Source of the DNA: Promethearchaeia archaeon
Lineage (GTDB): Archaea > Asgardarchaeota > Lokiarchaeia > Sigyniarchaeales > SOKP01
Assembly (NCBI GenBank): GCA_029856045.1
Contig: JAHQWG010000047.1
Span: forward strand, 96,001-160,000
Reading direction: 5' to 3'
Length of the DNA stretch: 64,000 nt
Made by a program: the position numbers and the translations under genes. Within the stretch, counting starts at the first letter, position 1; every line of letters begins with the position of its first letter. Shown in pieces: positions 19,626 through 28,960 of this stretch. The notes below the pieces were generated by a model. The model made no database searches and was not told the origin of the DNA. It saw only the letters and a list, made by a program, of their open reading frames with translations.

Positions 19626-20276
19626 TTATTTTTTTTGCTTAAACCCGTCTTTTGTTATAGTCGCTAATTGCAATTTAAAGCCTGAACCTGCATCTCTTGC
19701 TCGGGATGAATTTATAGCTTTTTCTACCAATTTTAATCCCTCTGGGGCAGTCATATTTTCTTTCCATTCCATTTCCAAAACTCCTAGAGAGTAGGGAGAA
19801 CCAGAACCAAAACTAAGGAACTTTTCTTCTTCATATAAAGTTCCAAGAAGGTCGATACCATAAAGCATTCCTTTGCCTTCTTTCTCAGAATATCCTGCAA
19901 TTATCATTAAGGTAAGAAAATATGAACGACCCTGATAAAGTAGATTCCTAACGGTATTAGCAATATATTTCGGTTCAGGGATCATTTCTTCTTCTACAGT
20001 CTTAAGATTAGATAAAGCAATGGCTTGATTCACAACATATTGACAATCAGCTACACCACCGCTAATCGTGGCAGCACAGAAATCGTTTATTTTGAACAAT
20101 TTCTGGGCTTGTTTTGTTGCAACAAAATATCCCGCTGTTGCTTGAGATTCAGTACCTACAACCACGCCATTACCTATCTTGAGTGCAACCGTAGTTGTAC
20201 CTGTTTTGATAATATTATCTAACGTCTGTGAATCAAATTTATTATTTAAAATGTGTTCGTTCATAATTGCTTGCAC
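19626..20276 (-). CDS. psmB: Proteasome beta subunit
   Basis: Propeptide then G|TTTV catalytic Thr; GGVAD, GSGS and RDAGSG. Confidence 0.93.
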   Translation of the reverse strand: MQAIMNEHILNNKFDSQTLDNIIKTGTTTVALKIGNGVVVGTESQATAGYFVATKQAQKLFKINDFCAATISGGVADCQYVVNQAIALSNLKTVEEEMIPEPKYIANTVRNLLYQGRSYFLTLMIIAGYSEKEGKGMLYGIDLLGTLYEEEKFLSFGSGSPYSLGVLEMEWKENMTAPEGLKLVEKAINSSRARDAGSGFKLQLATITKDGFKQKK

Positions 20277-20381
20277 AATCTTTTATATAATTTAAGTAAT
20301 AATGAGTTCTTTAATATTTATTTTTTTTCTCTATATATCAAAAATGATAAAATTTTAAAGATTTTAAAAATTTAAAGAAAT

Positions 20382-20765
20382 ATGGCAAGGTCGCAAAAAA
20401 GAAGTAATAGAAAATATACTGGAAAAAAGTATAAACATTTTGGAAAAAAGAGAAAAAGGGAGATTGCAAGACCTCCAATCGAAACAACAATTGGAACTGA
20501 GAAAAAGAAAAAACAAAGAACTCTTGGTGGGAAATATAAATTAAAATTATTTTCAAGCTCCTTTTGCATTCTAACAGACCCTTTAAGTAAAAAAACTGAA
20601 AAGACGAAAATTCTCAGATTTGAAGAAAATCCCGCCTCAAAAGAGCTTTCTCGAAGACATATTATAACTAAAGGAGCAATAATTCATACTGAAAAGGGAT
20701 TAGCCAAAATAACAAGTCGCCCTGGTCAAGATGGCATGATCAATGCTGTTCTTATAAAAGAATAA
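20382..20765 (+). CDS. rps8e: 30S ribosomal protein S8e
   Basis: TGKK...KRKREI; NPA...RRHIITKGAII; TSRPGQDG. Confidence 0.96.
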   Translation: MARSQKRSNRKYTGKKYKHFGKKRKREIARPPIETTIGTEKKKKQRTLGGKYKLKLFSSSFCILTDPLSKKTEKTKILRFEENPASKELSRRHIITKGAIIHTEKGLAKITSRPGQDGMINAVLIKE

Positions 20766-21140
20766 TCAGTCTGTTTCTATTTTTATATTTTTCACAGTTG
20801 CAGATCGTCCCTTAATAATTTTAGTATCAGTAGAATCACAAAATTTACATTTAAACAATAACAATCCCGTTAATGAATCTGTTTCTTTAAAACTAATTGA
20901 AGATATTTTACCGCATTTATTACATTGAATTTCTGCAGGTGTGACTTGCATGTTTAGTTTGGCTCCCTCTGCAATAGTTCCTGTTGTCGCTATTTTAAAT
21001 GATTGTTTTAAAAGTTCAGGAACAATAAGTGTCAATTCTCCGATTTCTAAAAATACTTCTGTAATTCTAATAGCATTATATTTTAAAGCTGTGTTTAAGG
21101 CAGTTTGATAAATTTGGGATGCAAAAGCGAACTCGTGTAT
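20766..21140 (-). CDS. hypA: Hydrogenase nickel metallochaperone HypA, starting at ATA
   Basis: (M)HEFAFA...EIGELT...CNKC...CKFC; the MHE motif is ATA CAC GAG at 21140; SD GGGGAGAG upstream; the ORF track's TTG start at 21035 loses the conserved N-terminus. Confidence 0.9.
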   Translation of the reverse strand: MHEFAFASQIYQTALNTALKYNAIRITEVFLEIGELTLIVPELLKQSFKIATTGTIAEGAKLNMQVTPAEIQCNKCGKISSISFKETDSLTGLLLFKCKFCDSTDTKIIKGRSATVKNIKIETD

Positions 21141-21160
21141 TTTTTTCTCTCCCCGATCAA

Positions 21161-21451
21161 TTAACTTTTTATTTTCCTTATTTGTTTTGCGATTTCAAAT
21201 AACATTTTTCTTTTCTTTTTGCCTTTAGAATCAATGAGAATACGCCCGGGGTTGTCCCACCATGTCTTTGGATACTTTGGAGTATTTTCAATCCTATATT
21301 CATAGCCTAACGCATTCACAGCTTTTTCTATATCTTCCAAAGTTATCTTTTCAATAGCAAGATTTTTAGGTAACCTCCGACCTTGACTGATTGTTCGATT
21401 TTTATCAAAATACTGGGGCCAAAAAATAAGATACGGCGTTCTCTTTCTCAT
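21161..21451 (-). CDS. srp19: Signal recognition particle 19 kDa protein
   Basis: IFWPQYFD...GRRLPK...YPKTWW...GRILI. Confidence 0.94.
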   Translation of the reverse strand: MRKRTPYLIFWPQYFDKNRTISQGRRLPKNLAIEKITLEDIEKAVNALGYEYRIENTPKYPKTWWDNPGRILIDSKGKKKRKMLFEIAKQIRKIKS

Positions 21452-21578
21452 TATTAAACTCTATTTTTTAAATTGATTAACACTTTAAATATTTTTTTTT
21501 GAAATTATTAACAATTTTATATTGTGTTTTACTAAGAGAAATTATAGTATAATATTTGTAAAGTTACCCATATTATAT

Positions 21579-21678
21579 GGGCGGGTGGTCTAGCTTGGTA
21601 ATTATTAATTTGATTAAAAAACAAAATGATTCTCGGCTGGGGGCCGAGAGGTCGGGGATTCGAATTCCCCCTCGCCCA
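21579..21678 (+). tRNA. tRNA-Pro(GGG) with 26-nt intron at position 21/22 (intron 21601-21626)
   Basis: Acceptor GGGCGGG/CTCGCCC+A; anticodon arm CTCGG-CTGGGGG-CCGAG; T-arm GGGGA-TTCGAAT-TCCCC; removing 21601-21626 restores GGTCTAGCTTGGTATGAT; BHB-like geometry; oligo-T follows. Confidence 0.9.
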
Positions 21679-21761
21679 TTTTTTATTATTTTTTATTTAG
21701 AATTATCTTTTATCTTTATCCTTTAAATTATTAATTTATTATAAAATTTGGAATATATATT

Positions 21762-22610
21762 ATGAACTTATTTAATGAAATTGAAGAAAAATTTATAGAG
21801 ACTAATGGATTAAAACTTCATACAATTATTGCTGGTTCTGGAGAACCTCTCATATTGCTACATGGATTTCCAGATTTTTGGTATGGCTGGAAAAATGTGA
21901 TTTCAGGACTAAAGGATGAATTTAAATTAATCGTTCCTGATATGCGAGGGTATAATCTTTCAGAAAAACCAGAGGGAATTGAAAATTATACTTTAGACAT
22001 TTTAATAGAAGATATTAAAGGTTTAAGCGAGAAATTAGGCTTTAATGAATTTAATCTTGTAGGACATGATTGGGGAGGAATGGTATCGTGGGCCTTAGCC
22101 GAGAAATACCCTGAAATATTGAAAAAATTAATAGTATTGAATGCACCTCATCCAAAAATATTTAGAAAGTTAATTACAAAAGATAACGACCAAAAGAAAG
22201 CCAGTGGCTATATCGGCAGATTTTTAAAAGAAGGTGAAAATTTTCTCTTTGAAAATAATTTTCAAGCTTTACAATTATCTGTTTTTGGTACAGCAAAAAA
22301 CAAAAAAGCATTTAGTGAATTTGATAAAGAAAAATATATAGAAGCATGGTCCCAACCAGGTGCATTAACTGGAGGAGTAAATTATTACAGGGCAAATCGT
22401 CGTTATGAAGAATGGTCTGGAATAATTAATGTCCCGACTTTGGTTATCTTCGGTATGAAAGATATGTTTGTATTACCTAAAGTACTCGAAGGTTTAGAAG
22501 ATTTTATTAAAGATCTTAAAATTGTTAGAATTGAAAACGCTTCTCATTGGGTTATGCACGATGATCCTGAATTAGTTAATTCAAGTATACAATCATTCCT
22601 TAAAGGATAA
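21762..22610 (+). CDS. Alpha/beta hydrolase, epoxide hydrolase subfamily
   Basis: HGFP, PDMRGY, GHDWGG, NYYRA and SHW. Confidence 0.9.
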   Translation: MNLFNEIEEKFIETNGLKLHTIIAGSGEPLILLHGFPDFWYGWKNVISGLKDEFKLIVPDMRGYNLSEKPEGIENYTLDILIEDIKGLSEKLGFNEFNLVGHDWGGMVSWALAEKYPEILKKLIVLNAPHPKIFRKLITKDNDQKKASGYIGRFLKEGENFLFENNFQALQLSVFGTAKNKKAFSEFDKEKYIEAWSQPGALTGGVNYYRANRRYEEWSGIINVPTLVIFGMKDMFVLPKVLEGLEDFIKDLKIVRIENASHWVMHDDPELVNSSIQSFLKG

Positions 22611-22662
22611 TAAGATATAGATTAAATCATTCTATTTCCTATGGAACAATTCATTGAACAAT

Positions 22663-24156
22663 TTAATCAATTTGCTTTATATAAAATATGTGACCGCTCC
22701 ATGCAGAAAGATCGATATAAAGACCATTAGTATCAAGATCTTTGCCCTTATAGATAAATCTTTTTTGTGTTAGTAAATCAGTAAAACTCCAATTATAAGT
22801 ATCGTAATTTAATTCTTCAATTCTAACATGCCCTTGCGCAGGATTTGGACTATAATTTACAACTATAAGATGATGCTGTTCTCTGGACCTCCATTGATAA
22901 GAAATTAAATTAGTATATGTGTAATTTTCAGTATTTATCGGCTCAATCTTACAGAGAGCCCACTTACCTTTTGTTAATCCCTCTGCAGATACAATACTTA
23001 ATAGTTTTTGATAAAAATTTAGGAGATCTTGATTATCGTCTTCAACTGGACGCCTTCCTAATTGAACCGGTATTTTTACTTTATACCCCTTCATTTGTCC
23101 TTCATGGACTAATTTTGCACCAGGTAAAGGTAAACTGACAATTGCAGCGGCTTGAGAGCGTTCTTCACCAAATGCAGTTATTGCTCTTGACTCATCATGG
23201 TTTTCTATAAATCGTAAAAGCTTCCTTTGATAATCCCATTCTGCATGGAGATGGTCACGAATTGCTTCTGCACTATTATATAACATACGATCATATAGCC
23301 TTTTATCATAGCAAAAATGAAATCCTTGTTGCTGTAATTCCCATTCCATATTCCAATATACTTCTGCAATAAATAAAAAATCTGGAAATTTTTCCAAAAC
23401 CTCAGAGATTACTTCCCGCCAAAAGTCTTTCTCTGGTTGAATTCCTGCTCTTTCACCCCAAGTACGACTAAAAACATCATTAGTCATTAACATTGCCATA
23501 TCACAACGAACACCATCACATTGTTCAGCAATGTTGATTAAAATATTTACTGCTTTCTTTCGGGCTTCCGATGAAAATGCGTTTATTTGCACTGTATCTG
23601 TCCAAGGAGTAAAATAAGGATCTCTTCCATGAGCAAGAACCTTATTTCCCACAGTAAAAAATTCATTCGGGTATATATTCATATCTTTAATAGTTCCTTC
23701 AATGAAAATATTTGATTTTTCTAATGTCCAGTGATGATCAATTGCAACATGATTAGGTACATAATCTAATAATAATTGTATATTCCGTTCGGTTAATTGT
23801 TTACGGAAGTTTTTTAAACTATCTTCACCACCAAGATGAGGATCTACGTGATAGTCAAAGATGGAATAGGGCGAGCCTACAACATCTTCTGTCTTAAAAT
23901 CACTTAAAGCTTTATGATATTCCTGTTGTAACCCAGTGTGGTTAAGAGCAATTTCTCTACTTTGAGGACTGCGTTCCCAGACACCCATAAGCCAAATAAA
24001 ATCGAAAAATTTTAATTCCTGACTGAAAACCTCAGGAGGGATATTATTAAGCGTAATTTCGTGTTTATAAATATTTGATAAAGCTTGAAGCCAAGGCCAG
24101 GTGTTTATTTCATAAATTCTAGGTTGCTCCGGCCAATCCAAATTTTTTCTTCTCAT
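22663..24156 (-). CDS. GH13 alpha-amylase family glycosidase
   Basis: DYVPNH, GVRCDMA (nucleophile), AEVY and FIENHD. Confidence 0.9.
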   Translation of the reverse strand: MRRKNLDWPEQPRIYEINTWPWLQALSNIYKHEITLNNIPPEVFSQELKFFDFIWLMGVWERSPQSREIALNHTGLQQEYHKALSDFKTEDVVGSPYSIFDYHVDPHLGGEDSLKNFRKQLTERNIQLLLDYVPNHVAIDHHWTLEKSNIFIEGTIKDMNIYPNEFFTVGNKVLAHGRDPYFTPWTDTVQINAFSSEARKKAVNILINIAEQCDGVRCDMAMLMTNDVFSRTWGERAGIQPEKDFWREVISEVLEKFPDFLFIAEVYWNMEWELQQQGFHFCYDKRLYDRMLYNSAEAIRDHLHAEWDYQRKLLRFIENHDESRAITAFGEERSQAAAIVSLPLPGAKLVHEGQMKGYKVKIPVQLGRRPVEDDNQDLLNFYQKLLSIVSAEGLTKGKWALCKIEPINTENYTYTNLISYQWRSREQHHLIVVNYSPNPAQGHVRIEELNYDTYNWSFTDLLTQKRFIYKGKDLDTNGLYIDLSAWSGHIFYIKQID

Positions 24157-24377
24157 ATTAAAATCATCTTTTAAATAAAAGTCAAATATCCTTTATAACA
24201 TATCTCTTAGTTATAAAAATTATTAATCTGTTTTTATTTTAAAGAAAATAAGACAAAAATTGTTTGCGAAAACCAATAAGAAATTATAATAAATTTTAAT
24301 TAAAATGATTTCTTTAATGAATTATCCTATGATTAATGAAAATATTATTGTATATTTGAAGGAGGTTTTTTAAAAAA

Positions 24378-24746
24378 ATGAGTTATGTAAAAATTGAAAT
24401 ACCTGACAAATTAAAAAAAAAAGTAATTGATACAATTTCAAATATTTCGAGGACTTCTGAAACAAAAATTAAAAAGGGAATGAATGAAGTTACTAAATCT
24501 ATTGAAAGAGGAATCGCCCGTCTGGTTATCATTGCCGAAGATGTAGATCCACCAGAAGTTGTTTTCCATTTACCCTTGCTCTGTGATGAGAAGAATATTC
24601 CATATGTTTTTGTTAACACAAAAAAGAATTTGGGAAAAGCGGTGGGTTTAAAAATTGATACATCCTCCCTTGCGATAATTATGCCTGGAGAAGATAATGA
24701 AGCGGCAATTAAAGACATTATCAGCCAAGTTAATAAATTAAAGTAG
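24378..24746 (+). CDS. rpl7ae: 50S ribosomal protein L7Ae
   Basis: KKGMNEVTKSIERG...IAEDVDPPEV...LGKAVG; GGAGG SD. Confidence 0.96.
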   Translation: MSYVKIEIPDKLKKKVIDTISNISRTSETKIKKGMNEVTKSIERGIARLVIIAEDVDPPEVVFHLPLLCDEKNIPYVFVNTKKNLGKAVGLKIDTSSLAIIMPGEDNEAAIKDIISQVNKLK

Positions 24747-24766
24747 AAACATCAAGTTGAGATTTA

Positions 24767-25003
24767 TTGAGTAAAAGAGAAAAGGGTAAAGAAGGATATG
24801 TAGATTGGTCTTATCCAGCTCAGGTCATTCAGGTTGTTGGAAAGACTGGGATGACAGGGGAGATAATGCAAGTCAAGGTCAGGATCTTAGAAGGGCCAGA
24901 TAAAAACAGAATTTTAACTCGCAACGTTAAGGGGCCAGTTCGTTTAGATGATATTGTTGTATTAAGGGAAGTTGAACGAGAAGCAAGAAAAATTAGAAGA
25001 TAA
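24767..25003 (+). CDS. rps28e: 30S ribosomal protein S28e
   Basis: GKTGMTGE...QVKV...RNVKGPVR...EREAR; TTG start; follows rpl7ae. Confidence 0.96.
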   Translation: MSKREKGKEGYVDWSYPAQVIQVVGKTGMTGEIMQVKVRILEGPDKNRILTRNVKGPVRLDDIVVLREVEREARKIRR

Positions 25004-25234
25004 AAAGATTTATTATTTGATTTAATTTTTTTAGTATCTTTTTTTTTGTGAGATTTTATTTTAAATTTAACAACTGTTTAATTAAATCTTAATATAAACT
25101 TGAAAAAAATATAAAAATAAAAAAAAATATTATTAATAGGGTGCTTCAGAATTATGAATTTTCAATTCTATCCCATTGAAGCGATAAATTATTAATTCTT
25201 AAGCGCTCCACTATTAATTTTATTAAAACTTCTA

Positions 25235-25735
25235 TTAATTGTTTCCTTCAGTATTTATGTCGATATTTTTTGCTGGCTTTTTTCCAATTTTTATTTCTAA
25301 AAGACCATTAGCCATTTTTGATTTAACCAGGTTTTCATCTGCATCAACTTGTAAGGGAATATCGAGATCTATATCCTTTTTACTCATCCATGAGAAAAAA
25401 TCCATAAAAAATGGTGCTCCATATACTCCATAAGATTTTTTACTCTCATCACTTACACTTTCTTTCTCATCAGATTTTAATCTTTTTGCAGTGACATTTA
25501 AATTTCTCCCAACAATTGAAACTTTAACATCGTCTTTAGTTAGTCCTGGCAAAGGAACAGTGATTAAATATTCATTCTCGTGTTCTTGTATATCGTAAGG
25601 TACCCAACCTTCAAACATTTTCATACCGTGTTTCATACCTTTAAAAACCATTCCCTTTAATGCGGCGATATCATGTGGAGAAGATCGAAAATGGCTATGC
25701 AGAAATCTTGGATTAAAGCTTCCTTCATAACACAT
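25235..25735 (-). CDS. Hsp20/alpha-crystallin small heat-shock protein
   Basis: DIQE...LPGLTKDDVKV...MANGLLEIKI; ATG at 25735 with GAGG upstream (ORF open from 25780). Confidence 0.85.
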   Translation of the reverse strand: MCYEGSFNPRFLHSHFRSSPHDIAALKGMVFKGMKHGMKMFEGWVPYDIQEHENEYLITVPLPGLTKDDVKVSIVGRNLNVTAKRLKSDEKESVSDESKKSYGVYGAPFFMDFFSWMSKKDIDLDIPLQVDADENLVKSKMANGLLEIKIGKKPAKNIDINTEGNN

Positions 25736-25797
25736 ACTTTTTTTTAACCTCTTTTTTATTTTTTTATTTATTAAATTCATTTAATTTGCTTAAATTT

Positions 25798-26445
25798 CTA
25801 AAAATCTTCATCATCATCGATAATTGGAATAACTCTTGTATGTTTTTCTCGTTCATTCTTGAGTTTCTCGAGAATTGATTTATATTTCTCTAATCTATCA
25901 TCAAGCATGTTAATTCTTTCTGTAAAGTGCTTTTTTTTCTCTTCTAATTCCTGGACGATACTTTGAATTCGTTCTATATTATCTGAAGTATAATCAGATT
26001 CGTCAATTTTTTTAGTATGTCCTGGAAATTCTGGAAAAGCATAAGGAAAGCTACAAAACATTTGTTCAAAATGTTTTTTACTCGGTATAGCCTTTAGAAC
26101 AGTTTGAATATAATCACCAAGAGTATCTATATTTGGCTGGAGATTATTTTCTAACACTTCTTTTAATCCTTCAATACCCCTTTTAGTTAGTCTATAAATC
26201 TTTTTTAATCTATTATTTTCAGTTTTTTCCTCTATATCAACGAATTGCTTTTCTGCTAATCGATTTAAGAGTGGATAAATTGTACCAGTTGAAACTTTCC
26301 ATACATTTTTAAATTTTTTATTTATTTTCTGAATTATTTCATATCCAGAAATACCATCATTATTTTTAATCATAGATAAGACTAGAATTTCCAATCCTGA
26401 TGAATGACCCCCGTGATGTCCGCTGAATCTTTTGCCAAAAAACAT
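25798..26445 (-). CDS. PadR-family transcriptional regulator with C-terminal coiled coil
   Basis: SGYEI, STGTIYPLLNRL and KKIYRLTKRG; His/Gly-rich N-terminus; GGTGA SD. Confidence 0.88.
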   Translation of the reverse strand: MFFGKRFSGHHGGHSSGLEILVLSMIKNNDGISGYEIIQKINKKFKNVWKVSTGTIYPLLNRLAEKQFVDIEEKTENNRLKKIYRLTKRGIEGLKEVLENNLQPNIDTLGDYIQTVLKAIPSKKHFEQMFCSFPYAFPEFPGHTKKIDESDYTSDNIERIQSIVQELEEKKKHFTERINMLDDRLEKYKSILEKLKNEREKHTRVIPIIDDDEDF

Positions 26446-26505
26446 TTTTTTTAATTCACCAATTTAAACAAATTATTAATCTATTCAAAATAAATTTTTT
26501 TTATA

Positions 26506-26588
26506 TATATCAATTTAGATATAGATAATTCATAGAAGGATAGATATTTAAATATATCGGAATTTGATATATTAGAAAATGATATATT
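26506..26588. promoter_or_regulatory. Putative PadR operator array overlapping the padR-hsp20 promoter
   Basis: TATATC-N6-GATATA (26506-26523), perfect AATATATC-N7-GATATATT (26551-26573) and another GATATATT (26581-26588), around a TTTAAATA TATA-like box. Confidence 0.55.
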
Positions 26589-26697
26589 GAAAATATGTAA
26601 TTTTTAAAAAAAATTAAAAAATAATTTATTGCCTAATAAAAAAATAATTTAAGCAATAAAACAGACATAATTAATAATAGAAAATGAGAGATTATTC

Positions 26698-27501
26698 ATG
26701 AATTTAGGATTAGAACAAAAGAATGCTTTAGTTTTAGCATCAAGTAAGGGGTTAGGGTTAGCTAGTGCTAAAGGTCTTTATGAAGAAGGAGTAAATGTCG
26801 TAATTTGTAGTAGATCAAAGGAGAATTTAATAAAAGCAAAAAAAGAAATCGAACAAATTAAATCCTTAACAAAAGAAAATAAAGTCATTTCGGTAGTTGC
26901 AGATTTATTGAAAGAGGGAGATATAAAGAATCTTGTTGATAAAGTTTTAGAAGAATTTGGGAAAATAGATATTTTAGTGCATAACGCTGGAGGTCCACCA
27001 TCGGGTTCAATAAATAAAATTACTAAAGAAGAGTGGTTAAATTCTATTGATTTAAATTTACTTTCTTTTATTTGGATTACTCGAATGATATTACCAATAA
27101 TGCAGAAGCGGAAATCAGGTAGGATAATAGCAATAACTTCAGTTTCAGTAAAACAGCCCTTAGAAAATTTGGTTTTATCAAATACAACTCGTCTTGGTAT
27201 TGTTGGATATGCAAAAACTCTTGCTAATGAGTATGCAAAAGATAATATTTTAGTAAATGTTGTATGTCCTGGACCAAATTTAACAGATAGAATGAAGGAA
27301 TTAATTAATAGAACTGTTAAAGAAACAGGAAAATCGGAAATAGAAGTTAAAAGAGCATGGACAAGCCAAATTCCCTTAGGTCGATTGGGAAAACCTGAAG
27401 AGTTTGCTAATTTAGTCGTATTTTTAGCTTCCGAAAAGGCTAGTTATATAACCGGAACGGTTATTCAAGTAGATGGAGGTTTCATAAAAGGACCTTTTTA
27501 A
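26698..27501 (+). CDS. Short-chain dehydrogenase/reductase (atypical)
   Basis: ASSKGLG, NAGGP, SNTTR in place of YxxxK, and VDGG. Confidence 0.9.
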   Translation: MNLGLEQKNALVLASSKGLGLASAKGLYEEGVNVVICSRSKENLIKAKKEIEQIKSLTKENKVISVVADLLKEGDIKNLVDKVLEEFGKIDILVHNAGGPPSGSINKITKEEWLNSIDLNLLSFIWITRMILPIMQKRKSGRIIAITSVSVKQPLENLVLSNTTRLGIVGYAKTLANEYAKDNILVNVVCPGPNLTDRMKELINRTVKETGKSEIEVKRAWTSQIPLGRLGKPEEFANLVVFLASEKASYITGTVIQVDGGFIKGPF

Positions 27502-27577
27502 AAGAGTTAAAATTAGGAAATTAGAACTTTTCTTATCAAATTGAATCTTTTTATGCAATTCTAATTAAATTAATAGT

Positions 27578-28903
27578 ATGAAAAATAATTCTAAAAAAAT
27601 TCCTATTTTATCAATAATTTTGTTTATAACGATCGTTACGTTAATTTCATCCATTTCAAATATGATTTCTCCAAATCTCCTCATTATTTCAAACTATTTT
27701 GGATTTGGAGGGAATACTACTCCATTAGGAGTACTCACATTTTCATTTACCATCTTAACAGGGATAGCAATGTTGATCTTTGGTATTTTAGCAGATAAAA
27801 TAATAAGAAAATGGATTGTCTTCATTGGAACGATAATTTTTTCAATATTTTCATTTCTCACGATCTTCATTCCATCAGGATTAACAGGATATTTTTTATT
27901 TTTTTTCTTAACAATCATAACAGGTATTGGATATGGCGCTTTGATTCCATGTATCTTCTCATTGATAGGTGATATTGTCTCTCAAGAGGATCGATCTAAG
28001 GGTTTCTCTTTCTTTTCAATATCGTCGCTAATAGGAATGGTCATCGGAACGGTTTTAGCAATAGTTCTAGGTACCATGGATTGGCGTATCTCTTATTCAG
28101 TTATAGGCATTGCCGGGTTTATTAGTGGTCTGCTCTTTATTTTTTTCCAAGAACCATCTCGAGCTGGCAGAGACTATTCATACATGCTTGAAAAAGATGC
28201 AGTGGAATATACATATAGGATAAATTTTTCTGACCTGAAAGTAATCTTTAAAAAGAAAGCCAATATTTGGTTAATCATCAATTTCGTCGATACAATTCCA
28301 ACTGGTATTATATTATTTTTGCTCTTTGCTTATATGGAAGACTATCATGGGATTTCTTCTGATGTAACTTTGATTTATTTAATATTCATTCTACTTGCCA
28401 CACTAATTGGGACTATAGTATTTGGTTTTATTGGAGATAAACAATTTAAAAAAGGCAGCAAAAAAGCACGTGTAAAACTTGCATTATTGGGAAATATAAT
28501 TCCTATTCCATTTATCTTCATTGCTTTAATAATTCCTTTCAGAGCTCCGGATTTAATTCCCGGAATTTTAATTTGGTTAATATTGTTCATGATTGGAATA
28601 TTTATAAATGGTGCTGTAAATGGTAATTGGTATGCAACGGTCGTTGATTTAAACCTTCCCGAACATCGTGGAACTGTGCTTGCAACCTCTAATTGCTTTG
28701 ATATTATTGGAAGAGCTATAGGTCCATTGATTGGATCAATTTTTGCAGATACATTTGGTTTTGTTTATGGAATGATGATTTCAATTTTCTTTTGGATTTT
28801 TATTCCATTCTTTTGGATTGGTGTACTTAAAAATATTGTTCCTGAAATGGAGGCGACAGAAAAAATATTTGCTGAAAGACTCGAATCATTGATTAAAAAA
28901 TAA
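27578..28903 (+). CDS. MFS transporter
   Basis: GILADKIIRK motif A; about 12 TM; NLPEHRGT. Confidence 0.88.
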   Translation: MKNNSKKIPILSIILFITIVTLISSISNMISPNLLIISNYFGFGGNTTPLGVLTFSFTILTGIAMLIFGILADKIIRKWIVFIGTIIFSIFSFLTIFIPSGLTGYFLFFFLTIITGIGYGALIPCIFSLIGDIVSQEDRSKGFSFFSISSLIGMVIGTVLAIVLGTMDWRISYSVIGIAGFISGLLFIFFQEPSRAGRDYSYMLEKDAVEYTYRINFSDLKVIFKKKANIWLIINFVDTIPTGIILFLLFAYMEDYHGISSDVTLIYLIFILLATLIGTIVFGFIGDKQFKKGSKKARVKLALLGNIIPIPFIFIALIIPFRAPDLIPGILIWLILFMIGIFINGAVNGNWYATVVDLNLPEHRGTVLATSNCFDIIGRAIGPLIGSIFADTFGFVYGMMISIFFWIFIPFFWIGVLKNIVPEMEATEKIFAERLESLIKK

Positions 28904-28960
28904 ATAATTAAAAATAAACAACTTTTTTTTATATATTTCATTTTTAAAATAAATTGAACT

